Positions 1 through 8,263 of a stretch of DNA of 64,000 nt are shown here, in pieces; positions within the stretch are counted from its first letter, which is position 1, and every line of letters starts with the position of its first letter. Both the position numbers and the translations under genes were made by a program. Origin of the DNA: Candidatus Limnocylindria bacterium (lineage in GTDB: Bacteria > Chloroflexota > Limnocylindria > QHBO01); assembly GCA_036262075.1 (NCBI GenBank), contig DATAJO010000040.1:2807-66806 (forward strand). Reading direction: 5' to 3'. The notes under the pieces were generated by a model, which had not been told where the DNA came from, made no database searches, and worked only from the letters and a program-made list of their open reading frames with translations.

Positions 1-1
1 C

Positions 2-136
2 GGGAACGCGGCGAGGGACCGGGACACCGACGCAAGGCTGGCCGCGGCGGGGTGGAGGGCCATCCGAGTCTGGGAGCATGAGGCGGCCGACGAGGCGGCC
101 AGCCGAATCGCCCAAGCCGTGAGGGCGAGCTGGTGA
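2..136 (+). CDS. vsr: Vsr-like (very-short-patch-repair/DUF559) endonuclease, C-terminal fragment; 5' end lies outside the window
   Basis: Frame-2 translation ...GNAARDRDTDARLAAAGWRAIRVWEHEAADEAASRIAQAVRASW* carries the C-terminal R-x-D...aGWxvlRvWEHE signature of Vsr/DUF559 endonucleases. The TGA stop (134-136) overlaps the GTG start of the downstream methyltransferase (GTGA), the classic vsr/dcm arrangement. Confidence 0.6.
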   Translation, partial: GNAARDRDTDARLAAAGWRAIRVWEHEAADEAASRIAQAVRASW

Positions 137-1401
137 CCCTTCGCTTCGTCGACCTGTTCGCCGGGATCGGTGGCTTCCATGAGGCGTTGTCGGGCGGCTT
201 CGGCGCGGAGTGCGTTCTGGCCTCGGACATAGACCCTGACTGCCGGGCCGTCTATCAGGACAACTTCGGCATCGAGCCATGGGGCGACATCAATGATCTG
301 ACGCCGGAGGGCGGGCCGCTCCGCGTGCCGGAGCACGATGTGCTCTGCGCTGGCTTCCCGTGCCAGCCGTTCTCGAAGTCGGGGTTCCAGCGCGGGATCA
401 ACGAGACCCGCGGGACGCTCTTCTACAACATCCTCCGGGTCCTGGAGGGACGCCGGCCACGCTGGGTGATCCTCGAGAACGTCCGGAACCTGGCCGGGCC
501 ACGGCACCGCCACACCTGGGCGACGATCGTGAAGCAGCTCCGGGCGCTCGGCTACCGCGTCGCGGACGAGCCGGCGGTGTTCTCGCCGCACCTCCTGCCC
601 CCGGACCAAGGCGGCCGGCCGCAGGTGCGGGAGCGAGTTTTCGTTCTCTGCCAATACGTCGGCGAGGGCGCGCACCCGGACGACCTCCGCGGCGAGCCGC
701 TGCTGACCAACCAGCCGGTGGGCGGGTGGGACCCGATGCGATGGCGGATCGAGGATTACCTTCAGGACGACGCCGAGGTGCCGTCCGACCGCTATGCCCT
801 CAGGCAGACCGAGGTGGCCTGGCTCGACACCTGGAACGACCTGCTGGGATCGCTGCCTGCGGACGTGCGGCTGCCGGGCTTCCCGATCTGGCTGGACGCG
901 TTCGAGGCGGACCCGGACATCGACCCGGAGACGCCGGACTGGAAGGCGGACTTCCTCCGGAAGAACAGCCGGTTCTACGTCGCGCACCAGGAGGTCATCG
1001 ACGCGTGGATCGACCGCCATCCTGAGCTGGCCGAGTTCCCCAACAGCCGGCGGAAGTTCGAATGGCAGGCGCAGCAGTCTGCCCGCGATGTCTGGGGCCT
1101 CGTGGCCCACCTCAGGCCGAGCGGCATCCGGGTGAAGCGGCCGACGTACCTGCCGGCGCTCGTGGCCATCACGCAGACGTCGATCATCGGCTGGAAGCGC
1201 CGCCGCATCACGCCTCGCGAGGCCGCCAGGCTCCAGGGCTTTGACGACAGCTTCCGGCTGCACGAGGAAGACGCCGTGGCATACCGCCAGCTCGGCAACG
1301 CCGTGAACGTCGGCGTCGTGGAGCACGCCGCGCGCGCCCTATTCGCCACGGCGGTGGAGCCGGCGGTGGAGGACGAACTCGTGGTGGCCGCCGCGAGCTA
1401 G
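133..1401 (+). CDS. dcm: DNA (cytosine-5)-methyltransferase, Dcm-type
   Basis: 422-aa ORF. Motif I FAGIGG (SAM binding), catalytic PCQ motif (GFPCQPFS), ENV motif (ILENVRNL), C-terminal target-recognition and motif IX/X region (ITPREAARLQGF...QLGNAVNV). GTG start overlaps the vsr stop. Confidence 0.9.
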   Translation: MTLRFVDLFAGIGGFHEALSGGFGAECVLASDIDPDCRAVYQDNFGIEPWGDINDLTPEGGPLRVPEHDVLCAGFPCQPFSKSGFQRGINETRGTLFYNILRVLEGRRPRWVILENVRNLAGPRHRHTWATIVKQLRALGYRVADEPAVFSPHLLPPDQGGRPQVRERVFVLCQYVGEGAHPDDLRGEPLLTNQPVGGWDPMRWRIEDYLQDDAEVPSDRYALRQTEVAWLDTWNDLLGSLPADVRLPGFPIWLDAFEADPDIDPETPDWKADFLRKNSRFYVAHQEVIDAWIDRHPELAEFPNSRRKFEWQAQQSARDVWGLVAHLRPSGIRVKRPTYLPALVAITQTSIIGWKRRRITPREAARLQGFDDSFRLHEEDAVAYRQLGNAVNVGVVEHAARALFATAVEPAVEDELVVAAAS

Positions 1402-1402
1402 A

Positions 1403-1426
1403 CTCGCCTCGTTCGAACGAGGGAGG
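1403..1426 (+). promoter_or_regulatory. Perfect palindrome CCTCGTTCGAACGAGG in the 29-nt gap between methyltransferase and downstream gene; it contains the SD GGGAGGGG
   Basis: Read directly: a 16-nt perfect inverted repeat immediately after the dcm stop TAG (1399-1401). It is followed by GGGAGGGG and the GTG at 1431. No T-tract, so an operator or attenuator is more likely than a terminator. Confidence 0.4.
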
Positions 1427-1430
1427 GGCT

Positions 1431-2186
1431 GTGGACGCACGCCAAGCTTGGGATGAGTTCCGGAGACGCTTCCGCGAGATCGAGCCCGAGTTCCTGCGGG
1501 GCATCACCGAACTGGTCGGTCGCTTCAACGTGTCCGAGCGGTCCAACCGCTTCGTCGTCGGCGACGTCGTGGAGTACCTGCTGGCGGGCAGCTTCTACGC
1601 TATGGGCATCCTGATCCTGCCTCGCGGCGGCAACCAGAACGACTTCGACCTCGACTCCCTCGTCCAGGCGATGCGGGGCAAGTTCTCGGTGAAGTCCAGC
1701 TTCTCGAAGTCGCGCCCGGCGATCGGGATGAAGAACAAGCAGGGAGACGCCGACTGGGAGTGGGCGGACCCAGTCATCTTCGTCCTCGCCGGGGTGGGGA
1801 TCGTGTATGCCGACCCAAAGGTCCACACCGACCTCGCCGCCAAGATTGTCGACGCCAAGGACGCCTTCAAACTGTCGATCAAGGCGATACGAGACCACGC
1901 CAAGTCGAACCCGGACTGCGTTATCGAGACCGCCGTCCCGTTCAACCCACGGACTGGCCGAGAGTCGGCCGGGCGGACGGTGTTCTCAGAGATATTCGAC
2001 CACGCTGCGTACCCAACAATCCGCAACTTCCTGCAGCGGACCCGGGCGAACGTCGAGGGGACGCCGATCTTCGAGGCGCTCGCCGAAGCCAGGGCCCTCA
2101 AGGAGCGCGGCGATCTGAAGGAGGACGCCTACGAGGCGCTGGTCGACGCCCTCATCGCGAGAGTCGGCGGGGAGCGCCCGGCCTAA
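1431..2186 (+). CDS. Hypothetical protein; candidate Type II restriction endonuclease partner of the Dcm methyltransferase
   Basis: 251-aa ORF, translationally coupled 29 nt downstream of dcm with its own SD (GGGAGGGG). No recognisable conserved family motif; position and size fit an R gene. No Vsr motif (Vsr is upstream). Confidence 0.5.
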   Translation: MDARQAWDEFRRRFREIEPEFLRGITELVGRFNVSERSNRFVVGDVVEYLLAGSFYAMGILILPRGGNQNDFDLDSLVQAMRGKFSVKSSFSKSRPAIGMKNKQGDADWEWADPVIFVLAGVGIVYADPKVHTDLAAKIVDAKDAFKLSIKAIRDHAKSNPDCVIETAVPFNPRTGRESAGRTVFSEIFDHAAYPTIRNFLQRTRANVEGTPIFEALAEARALKERGDLKEDAYEALVDALIARVGGERPA

Positions 2187-3034
2187 TCGGCCGTGGGGTC
2201 AAACTCCTCGACCTCCTGTTCCTCATCGTCCGCGAACTTCTCAGTGACCTTGCAAGGGCACGAGATCATTTGTCCTTGGCACCTTGGACACTGCTCGACA
2301 TCGCAGCCGGGGACGTGGAGCTGGCCCTTGCGCGCGCTGCAGTCGTGGCAAGGGCCCTTCTCGGCGACCTCCTCCCAGCCGATCTCGACCCCATAAGGTA
2401 GGCGCGGGTACTTCTGGTGCTCGATCTCCACATCGAGAAAGTCTTGCGCCGCGAGCAGCTCGGCCGGCCAGGTCTTGATGACGTCCATGCCGTTGTAGGA
2501 AACGAACTCCTCTCGGAAGACCTCCATGAGCGCGGCCTCCTTCCACCAGTTTTCCTCGCGGATGTGGTCGTGCAGGTCCCCGCCGAGTTCGGAACGGTGG
2601 AATGAATGCGCGAACTCAAACAGCCCGGCGTACACCTTGCTCGCCTCATCCAGCGACAGGTCCAGCTCGTAATGGGCGATCCTGTCCCGCCACCCAATCG
2701 CCGTGCGGATGGATGCCTGATCCGCCGGCTCGATCGCGACGCCGACGGCCTGAAGCCGCCCGAGGGCGACTTCCATTGAGACTGTGTGACCTCGCTTGTC
2801 CACGCTGCTGAATACCAACAGGTGGTGCTCGCGACGAAGCCGCTCCTTCATGAGCAGCTCCAAGGCGTGCACCAAGAGGAAGATCGCCAACTTCCATTTC
2901 CGCGCCTGCTCATCTGCGGCCTCTGCGTAGTCGGCGCTCTCGAGCGAGTCGTTCAGCGAGTCATAGGCGTTCTCGAGCAACGACAGGGTCAGCTTCCGTG
3001 GGGACGTCTCCTGCTTCTGGCCGTCGGAGTCCAT
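2183..3034 (-). CDS. Hypothetical protein with HEPN-like R-x4-H motif and C-terminal Cys-rich zinc-ribbon
   Basis: Minus-strand ORF, most plausible start ATG at 3034 (MDSDGQKQETSPRKLTLSLLENAYDSL...). Contains WRDRIAHYE (R-x4-H, HEPN-like) and the C-terminal cluster CHDCSARKGQLHVPGCDVEQCPRCQGQMISCPC. Convergent with the R-M genes and divergent from the STAND regulator. Confidence 0.5.
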   Translation of the reverse strand: MDSDGQKQETSPRKLTLSLLENAYDSLNDSLESADYAEAADEQARKWKLAIFLLVHALELLMKERLRREHHLLVFSSVDKRGHTVSMEVALGRLQAVGVAIEPADQASIRTAIGWRDRIAHYELDLSLDEASKVYAGLFEFAHSFHRSELGGDLHDHIREENWWKEAALMEVFREEFVSYNGMDVIKTWPAELLAAQDFLDVEIEHQKYPRLPYGVEIGWEEVAEKGPCHDCSARKGQLHVPGCDVEQCPRCQGQMISCPCKVTEKFADDEEQEVEEFDPTAD

Positions 3035-3095
3035 ACGCGGAGGGTACCCGGCACAAGCGCGCGGCGAGCCGGGCGACCGCCACGTCGCGTAATAA

Positions 3096-6000
3096 GCGAC
3101 CAAGGTCGCGTCGCCGAAGTACGCCACGCCCACGCTGCGCCGCGGCCGCCTGCTCGACTGGCTGCACGAGACCGCGAACAGCCGCGCCAGGGTCATCGCC
3201 GCCGATGCGGGTTACGGCAAGACGACCCTCCTGTGGCAATGGGAGCGCGAGGTCGAGTTCCCGTGCTACTGGTACAAGCTCGACCGCAACGATCGCGACT
3301 GGACGCTCCACATCAGCTACCTCGCCGAGTCGGTCGCGAAGCGGCATCCCGGGTTCGGCCGGCGGACGCACTCGATGCTCGAGCAGATGGGCGGACCGGG
3401 CACCTCGCGGCCCGGCGTCACGGCCTACCTCCTCGCCGAGATGCACAAGCGGCTGACGGAGCCGTGCACGTTCATCATTGACGACTGGCATTACGTCAAC
3501 GCCGTCACCGAGGTCCGCGGTCTCTGGAACCAGATCCTCCGCGACGCGCCGGCCACCTGCCGCTTCATCTTCGCCTCGCGGGTGAAGCCGACGCTCCAGT
3601 TCGCCCGCTTCAAGACCCACGGCGGCTACTCCGAGATCAGGACCGATGTGCTCCGCTTCACGGAGCCCGAGATCGACGAGCTGTTCCGCGACGTCTACAA
3701 CGACCCGCTCGAGCCCGGGCAGGTCGCCGAGCTCGAACGCCGCACCGAGGGCTGGGCGGCATCGCTTCAGCTGGTCGAGGTCTCGCTCCGCGAGCGGCAC
3801 ACGGCCGAGGAGCGCCAGGCGTTCATCCAGTCGATCAGCGCCGCGAATGACAACGACCTCTTCGACTTCCTCGCCGAGGAGGTGCTCGACCAGCAGCCGG
3901 AGGACACACGGAACTTCCTCCTGTCGACGTCGATCCTCCAGCAGATCACGCCCGAGGTCGCCGAGCGGCTGACCGGCTCGCACGATGGCCGCCGGGAGCT
4001 GAACGCCCTCGAGCAGCGCGGCCTGTTCACGAACCGGCTCGACGACCTCCGCTTCCGCTACCACAACCTGTTCCGCGAGTTCCTGGAGCGGCGCCTCATC
4101 GCCGAGCGATCCGAGGCCGAGGTCGTCGGCCTGCACATTCACGCCGCCTCGTATTTCGAGACGACCGAGCAATGGCCCGAGGCGATCCACCACTACCTGC
4201 GCGCCGGCCTTCAGCGCCAGGCCGCTCGCCTCATCGCGAAATACGGGGAAGACGTCGTCTCGGAGGGTCGGCTCGGCCTGGTCGATGAGTGGCTGCAACA
4301 GCTGCCCGAAGAGTCGATCAAGCAGAACGCGCGACTCAGCCTGCTGTTCGGCGAAGCAGCCGGCATGCGCGGCGATTGGCATCGCGCCCTTGAGGCCTTG
4401 AATCGCGCCAAGGCGTACTTCGCGCGCAAAGGTGATCGCCGTCTTGAGGCCCTCGCCTGCCTGAAGCTCAGCACAGTGAACTCGAATATGGGCGAGCCTC
4501 AAGCTTCATACGAGCTAGCGGAGGCGGGAGCCGACATCGTGCCTCAGGACGCCGCCGCCCTGCGATTGAGGCTGTCAGGAAACATCGCAATCACCCGCAC
4601 ATGGCTGACAGGGAGCCTTGACGCAGTTGCGTACGAGTGCGAGCGAATCGGCCGGGAGGCCGCCGCTTTGGGGTTGGAGCACTACGCCGCGATCGCGCAC
4701 CACAACGCCGGCGCGATGCTGCGCAGGATGGGCCGCCTCGAAGAGGCGCTGGCTGAACTCAAGGCAGCCGCGGACTTCTGGGCTGAGCCACCGTTATCAC
4801 CATTTGCCGACAACCAAGAGCTGGTCGCGGCGCTCATCGCACTCGGGCGACTTGACGAGGCGAAGACCGTCGCTTCTGAGGGCGTACGACGAACTGCCCC
4901 GTGGCCGCGGCCGCATGGTGACGCGCTAACCGGGCTGGCAGCAGCCCTTCTCGCCGATGGCCAGTTCGACGCCGCAGCAAAAGCAGTGGAACGTGCTCGA
5001 GCTCACGTCACCTTTCTGGGTGGTATCCGGGCTGTGGCTAACTCGTTGATGATCGAGGCGCTGTACCTAGCGGGCCGAGTCAGGGAAATTGGACCTTTTG
5101 CCGCCGACCTTCTTGCATTCCCGCCTGACCCACGCCACGCACCCGAATCTGCGGGCGCTCTGGCGATCGCCCGGCACGTCACGGGCAACCCTTGTGACGG
5201 CACCTGCCTGTCGACATTGACGGACCTGGACGAGGCAGAGGGCAAAGGGGCGCATTTGGCCGCTCTCATAGGCCGTGTCAAGGTTTCGACACTTGCGTTC
5301 GAACATCGAGAACCCCGCCGCCAGGCAATTGCCTGGCGGGCCGCGCATGCGGCAGTGTCCTCCAGATTGCATCCTGCGCTCCGATGGTGGCTTCGACGGC
5401 TCGCCCCGCATTCGGCACGACAGTCCAATTCCGAAACCAACGTCGATACGATTACCAAGCTGGCAATCGCGGACCCTGATGGATGGCGCGACGCGTTGGT
5501 GGAGGTGCTTCCGCGGGCGCGTGCCAACCGTCCAATCCTCATCGCGACGCTCTCGCGCATTGCCAATCGCCAGACGGTTGGCAGGCTCGACGGCCTTGAA
5601 GGAAGCGACGTGGCGGAACTCCGCCGTCACCTCCGCTATCTCCAATCTCCACGACTCTACTTGCGAACGCTGGGCGGTCTCGAACTGCACCGGTCAAGTT
5701 GGAGCGGCCCACTGGTGTCGATTGAGAAGAAGCGGGTACGGATGCTGCTGGCGGTGCTAGCGGCACACCACAAGACCCACCTCACACGGGACGCTGCGCT
5801 CGAAATCCTTTGGCCCGACTCGGACCCAAACGCCGCAATCAATAGCCTGAACCAGACGGTCTACCAACTCCGGCGGTACGTCGATGCGTCGTACCGGGGC
5901 GGAGAGAGCGTGGACTACGTCCTTAGCTCAGCCGAGCAGGTGGGACTCAATCCCGACCTGGTCGTCACAGACTTGGAGGAGATCAAACACCTGCCTGATC

Positions 6001-6431
6001 GGCTGGCGTCAGCTCAGTGGAAGTCCCGGGAGGCAATAGCGACCAGAACCATCGAACTCATCCGGGGAGAGTTCCTCTCCGACCTTCGATACGAGGACTG
6101 GGCAGCCCGACAGCAACTCGAGATTCACTCACTGATCAGGACTAGCTTGCTCCCCATCGCTCTACGAACTGACGCATCTACCTCTACAGGCGTCTCGATA
6201 CAGGCTTGCCTCGCCCTCCTGCGACTCGATCCGTTTGACGAGCAAGCAACGTTGGCGCTGGCTGATGCACTTTCGGCATCGGGTCGCGTGGCGGCGGCTC
6301 GAAAGGTTGTCATCGAGTACGTCCGCCGATTGAACGTCGATCTGGACCTCGAGCCTTCGCCGGAATTCTTCACGGCGGCCACTCGCCATGGTCAAGTGCG
6401 CGTTGACTCACGCCGACGCGACTTAAGTTAG
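3096..6431 (+). CDS. STAND/AAA+ ATPase - TPR - winged-helix/BTAD transcriptional regulator (SARP/AfsR-like, domain order reversed); start codon uncertain
   Basis: The annotated ORF starts at ATG 3375, but the same frame is open back to twin TAA stops at 3090-3095. It encodes LRRGRLLDWLHETANSRARVIAADAGYGKTTLLWQWE (Walker A GYGKTTLL at ~3200-3225) before any ATG/GTG/TTG; the only candidate is CTG at 3135. Walker B CTFIIDDWHY. A central helical/TPR region. C-terminal OmpR-type wHTH (LGGLELHRSS...RVRMLLAVLAAHH) plus a BTAD domain. Confidence 0.8.
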   Translation, partial: ATKVASPKYATPTLRRGRLLDWLHETANSRARVIAADAGYGKTTLLWQWEREVEFPCYWYKLDRNDRDWTLHISYLAESVAKRHPGFGRRTHSMLEQMGGPGTSRPGVTAYLLAEMHKRLTEPCTFIIDDWHYVNAVTEVRGLWNQILRDAPATCRFIFASRVKPTLQFARFKTHGGYSEIRTDVLRFTEPEIDELFRDVYNDPLEPGQVAELERRTEGWAASLQLVEVSLRERHTAEERQAFIQSISAANDNDLFDFLAEEVLDQQPEDTRNFLLSTSILQQITPEVAERLTGSHDGRRELNALEQRGLFTNRLDDLRFRYHNLFREFLERRLIAERSEAEVVGLHIHAASYFETTEQWPEAIHHYLRAGLQRQAARLIAKYGEDVVSEGRLGLVDEWLQQLPEESIKQNARLSLLFGEAAGMRGDWHRALEALNRAKAYFARKGDRRLEALACLKLSTVNSNMGEPQASYELAEAGADIVPQDAAALRLRLSGNIAITRTWLTGSLDAVAYECERIGREAAALGLEHYAAIAHHNAGAMLRRMGRLEEALAELKAAADFWAEPPLSPFADNQELVAALIALGRLDEAKTVASEGVRRTAPWPRPHGDALTGLAAALLADGQFDAAAKAVERARAHVTFLGGIRAVANSLMIEALYLAGRVREIGPFAADLLAFPPDPRHAPESAGALAIARHVTGNPCDGTCLSTLTDLDEAEGKGAHLAALIGRVKVSTLAFEHREPRRQAIAWRAAHAAVSSRLHPALRWWLRRLAPHSARQSNSETNVDTITKLAIADPDGWRDALVEVLPRARANRPILIATLSRIANRQTVGRLDGLEGSDVAELRRHLRYLQSPRLYLRTLGGLELHRSSWSGPLVSIEKKRVRMLLAVLAAHHKTHLTRDAALEILWPDSDPNAAINSLNQTVYQLRRYVDASYRGGESVDYVLSSAEQVGLNPDLVVTDLEEIKHLPDRLASAQWKSREAIATRTIELIRGEFLSDLRYEDWAARQQLEIHSLIRTSLLPIALRTDASTSTGVSIQACLALLRLDPFDEQATLALADALSASGRVAAARKVVIEYVRRLNVDLDLEPSPEFFTAATRHGQVRVDSRRRDLS

Positions 6432-6434
6432 GTC

Positions 6435-6463
6435 TTGACCCGGAAGTCGCCGACGCCTACAGT
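6435..6463 (+). promoter_or_regulatory. Sigma-70-type promoter TTGACC-N17-TACAGT
   Basis: Read directly: TTGACC (6435-6440), 17-nt spacer, TACAGT (6458-6463), lying in a lower-GC (~58%) 400-bp intergenic region upstream of the HD-GYP gene. Confidence 0.45.
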
Positions 6464-6829
6464 ACCGGTGTCCGGGAGTACTTTGGTACCGCCGGCGAAT
6501 ACCGTGGGACGCCGTGATCCACCTGCCGAACATGGGCACTTAGGCAGTTGGGGAGCAAGTAGTGCAACCGACCGTTCCGTCACCGGAGTGTGTCGGTTAG
6601 CAACAATTCCGTTCAGAAGAGGGCACCTTCTGATGGCGAGAGAGCTCGTTAAGGGCTGGTAACCAGCCCTGAGGATGATCAGCATGCGAGCGCGAATGAT
6701 GCGCCTCAGCGCGCTGGTATCGGCACTCGGATCCCTAATCGCCCTGGCACTTGCTGGTGGCGCTGGCGTCCGAGGCTGGTAGGAGGGGCGTGGTAGACTC
6801 CCGGCGCGTACGCGATTAAGACGCCGCCG

Positions 6830-8263
6830 GTGAATGCCAACGTAGTCCGCCTAATCCTCGCGACCGTAGCCGCTGCGATTCTCGTGATCGCAGCGGCTCT
6901 TTTCCTGTTCCCGTTACGGGCCGAAATCGCCGGCCCCGTAGGCCTCGTGTATTGGACCGCAGCGACCCTCGCTGCGAGCGCGATGCCGATCCGCCTTCCG
7001 CGCGGGAGCGCGGTGTCAGTCGCCTCGGCACCGATATTGGCGAGCCTTTTCCTTGGAGGCCCGGCCGCGGCTGTGATCGTCGCAGCCATCGGCACCACCG
7101 ACGAACGGGAGCTCCGGGGCGAGGTTCCGTGGTACGGGACCCTCTACAATCACGCTTCCGCGGTGGCCGCGGTAGGCGTCGCAGGCATCCTCTTCGAACT
7201 CCTGAGAGGTCCGGCCTCGTCAATAGGGCCGTTCGCTGAGTTCGTCGCCGCTGTCTTGGGCAGCGTCACGTTCCTAGTCATCAACTGGGCGCTTGGAATC
7301 ATCGCGGTCGCCGTACGCACCCAATCATCCGTTCGTATGGTGTGGGCGCAAGACGTCAGCAATGTGGCCCCTAGCCTGGGCGGTTTGGCACCGTTGGCGT
7401 GGTTGATGGCCCAGATCTTCCAGCTCCCGAACGGCGTCGGATGGTGGGCAACCCCGCTCTTCGTTGTTCCTCTCTTCACAACCCGTATGGCGTACGCGCG
7501 GTACGTCGAGACGCGGGAGATGTTCGAGCAGACGATCACCGCGCTCTCGCGGGCGGTCGACGCGCGCGATCGGTACACCCGCGAGCACTCGTCGCGCGTC
7601 AGCCACATCGCCGAGGAGATGTGCCGCGTCATGCGGTTGTCGGAGCACGAGATCGAGCGCATCAAGTGGGCCGGCCTGCTCCACGACGTCGGCAAGATCG
7701 GCATCCGCGACCACATCCTCCTGAAGGAGGGGCCGCTCGACAAGGCGGAGCGCACGCTGATGAACCGCCATCCGAGCATCGGCGCGGAGATCGTCAAGCA
7801 GGCCTCGCAGCTGATGCCGCTGGCACCGCTGGTCGAGACGCACCACGAGTGGTTCAACGGCTCCGGCTACCCGCTCGGCAAGGAGGCGCTCGACATCCCG
7901 CTCGGCGCCCGGATCCTCACCATCGCCGATGCCTACGAGGCGATGACGAGCTCGCGTCCGTACCGCAAGACGCCGCTCACCCACGAGCAGGCCATCGACC
8001 AGCTCGAGAAGTTCGCCGGCATCCAGTTCGACCCGGACATCGTCCCGATCCTCGTCAACCTCGACCGCAGCATCCTCGACCGGCCGCCGGATGGCCCCGA
8101 GCAGCTGCCGACGATGCTGAACGCCGACGAGGAGCCCGAGGAACGGGAGGAGGCGGCACCGGCAGCGGCGGCGGCGGCGGCGGATTCGACGGCCGCCAGC
8201 ACCGCGATCGACGAAGGTCGATCGCAGGCGAGGCCCGCCCTGGCCTCGGACGATGTTCCTTAG
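6830..8263 (+). CDS. Membrane 7TM-receptor / HD-GYP domain cyclic-di-GMP phosphodiesterase
   Basis: 477 aa. The N-terminal ~230 aa is hydrophobic with ~7 predicted TM segments. C-terminal HD-GYP domain: GLLHDVGKIGI (HD), HHEWFNGSGYPLG (GYP), ADAYEAMTSSRPYR. Confidence 0.9.
   Translation: MNANVVRLILATVAAAILVIAAALFLFPLRAEIAGPVGLVYWTAATLAASAMPIRLPRGSAVSVASAPILASLFLGGPAAAVIVAAIGTTDERELRGEVPWYGTLYNHASAVAAVGVAGILFELLRGPASSIGPFAEFVAAVLGSVTFLVINWALGIIAVAVRTQSSVRMVWAQDVSNVAPSLGGLAPLAWLMAQIFQLPNGVGWWATPLFVVPLFTTRMAYARYVETREMFEQTITALSRAVDARDRYTREHSSRVSHIAEEMCRVMRLSEHEIERIKWAGLLHDVGKIGIRDHILLKEGPLDKAERTLMNRHPSIGAEIVKQASQLMPLAPLVETHHEWFNGSGYPLGKEALDIPLGARILTIADAYEAMTSSRPYRKTPLTHEQAIDQLEKFAGIQFDPDIVPILVNLDRSILDRPPDGPEQLPTMLNADEEPEEREEAAPAAAAAAADSTAASTAIDEGRSQARPALASDDVP

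Noticed and set aside
6470-6680. A c-di-GMP (GEMM) riboswitch in the leader of the HD-GYP gene.
   Set aside because: By eye I could not find the conserved GEMM-I elements (for example the ACGCAAAGC-containing junction and the GNRA/receptor pair). It is kept only as a hypothesis to test with a covariance model, not annotated.
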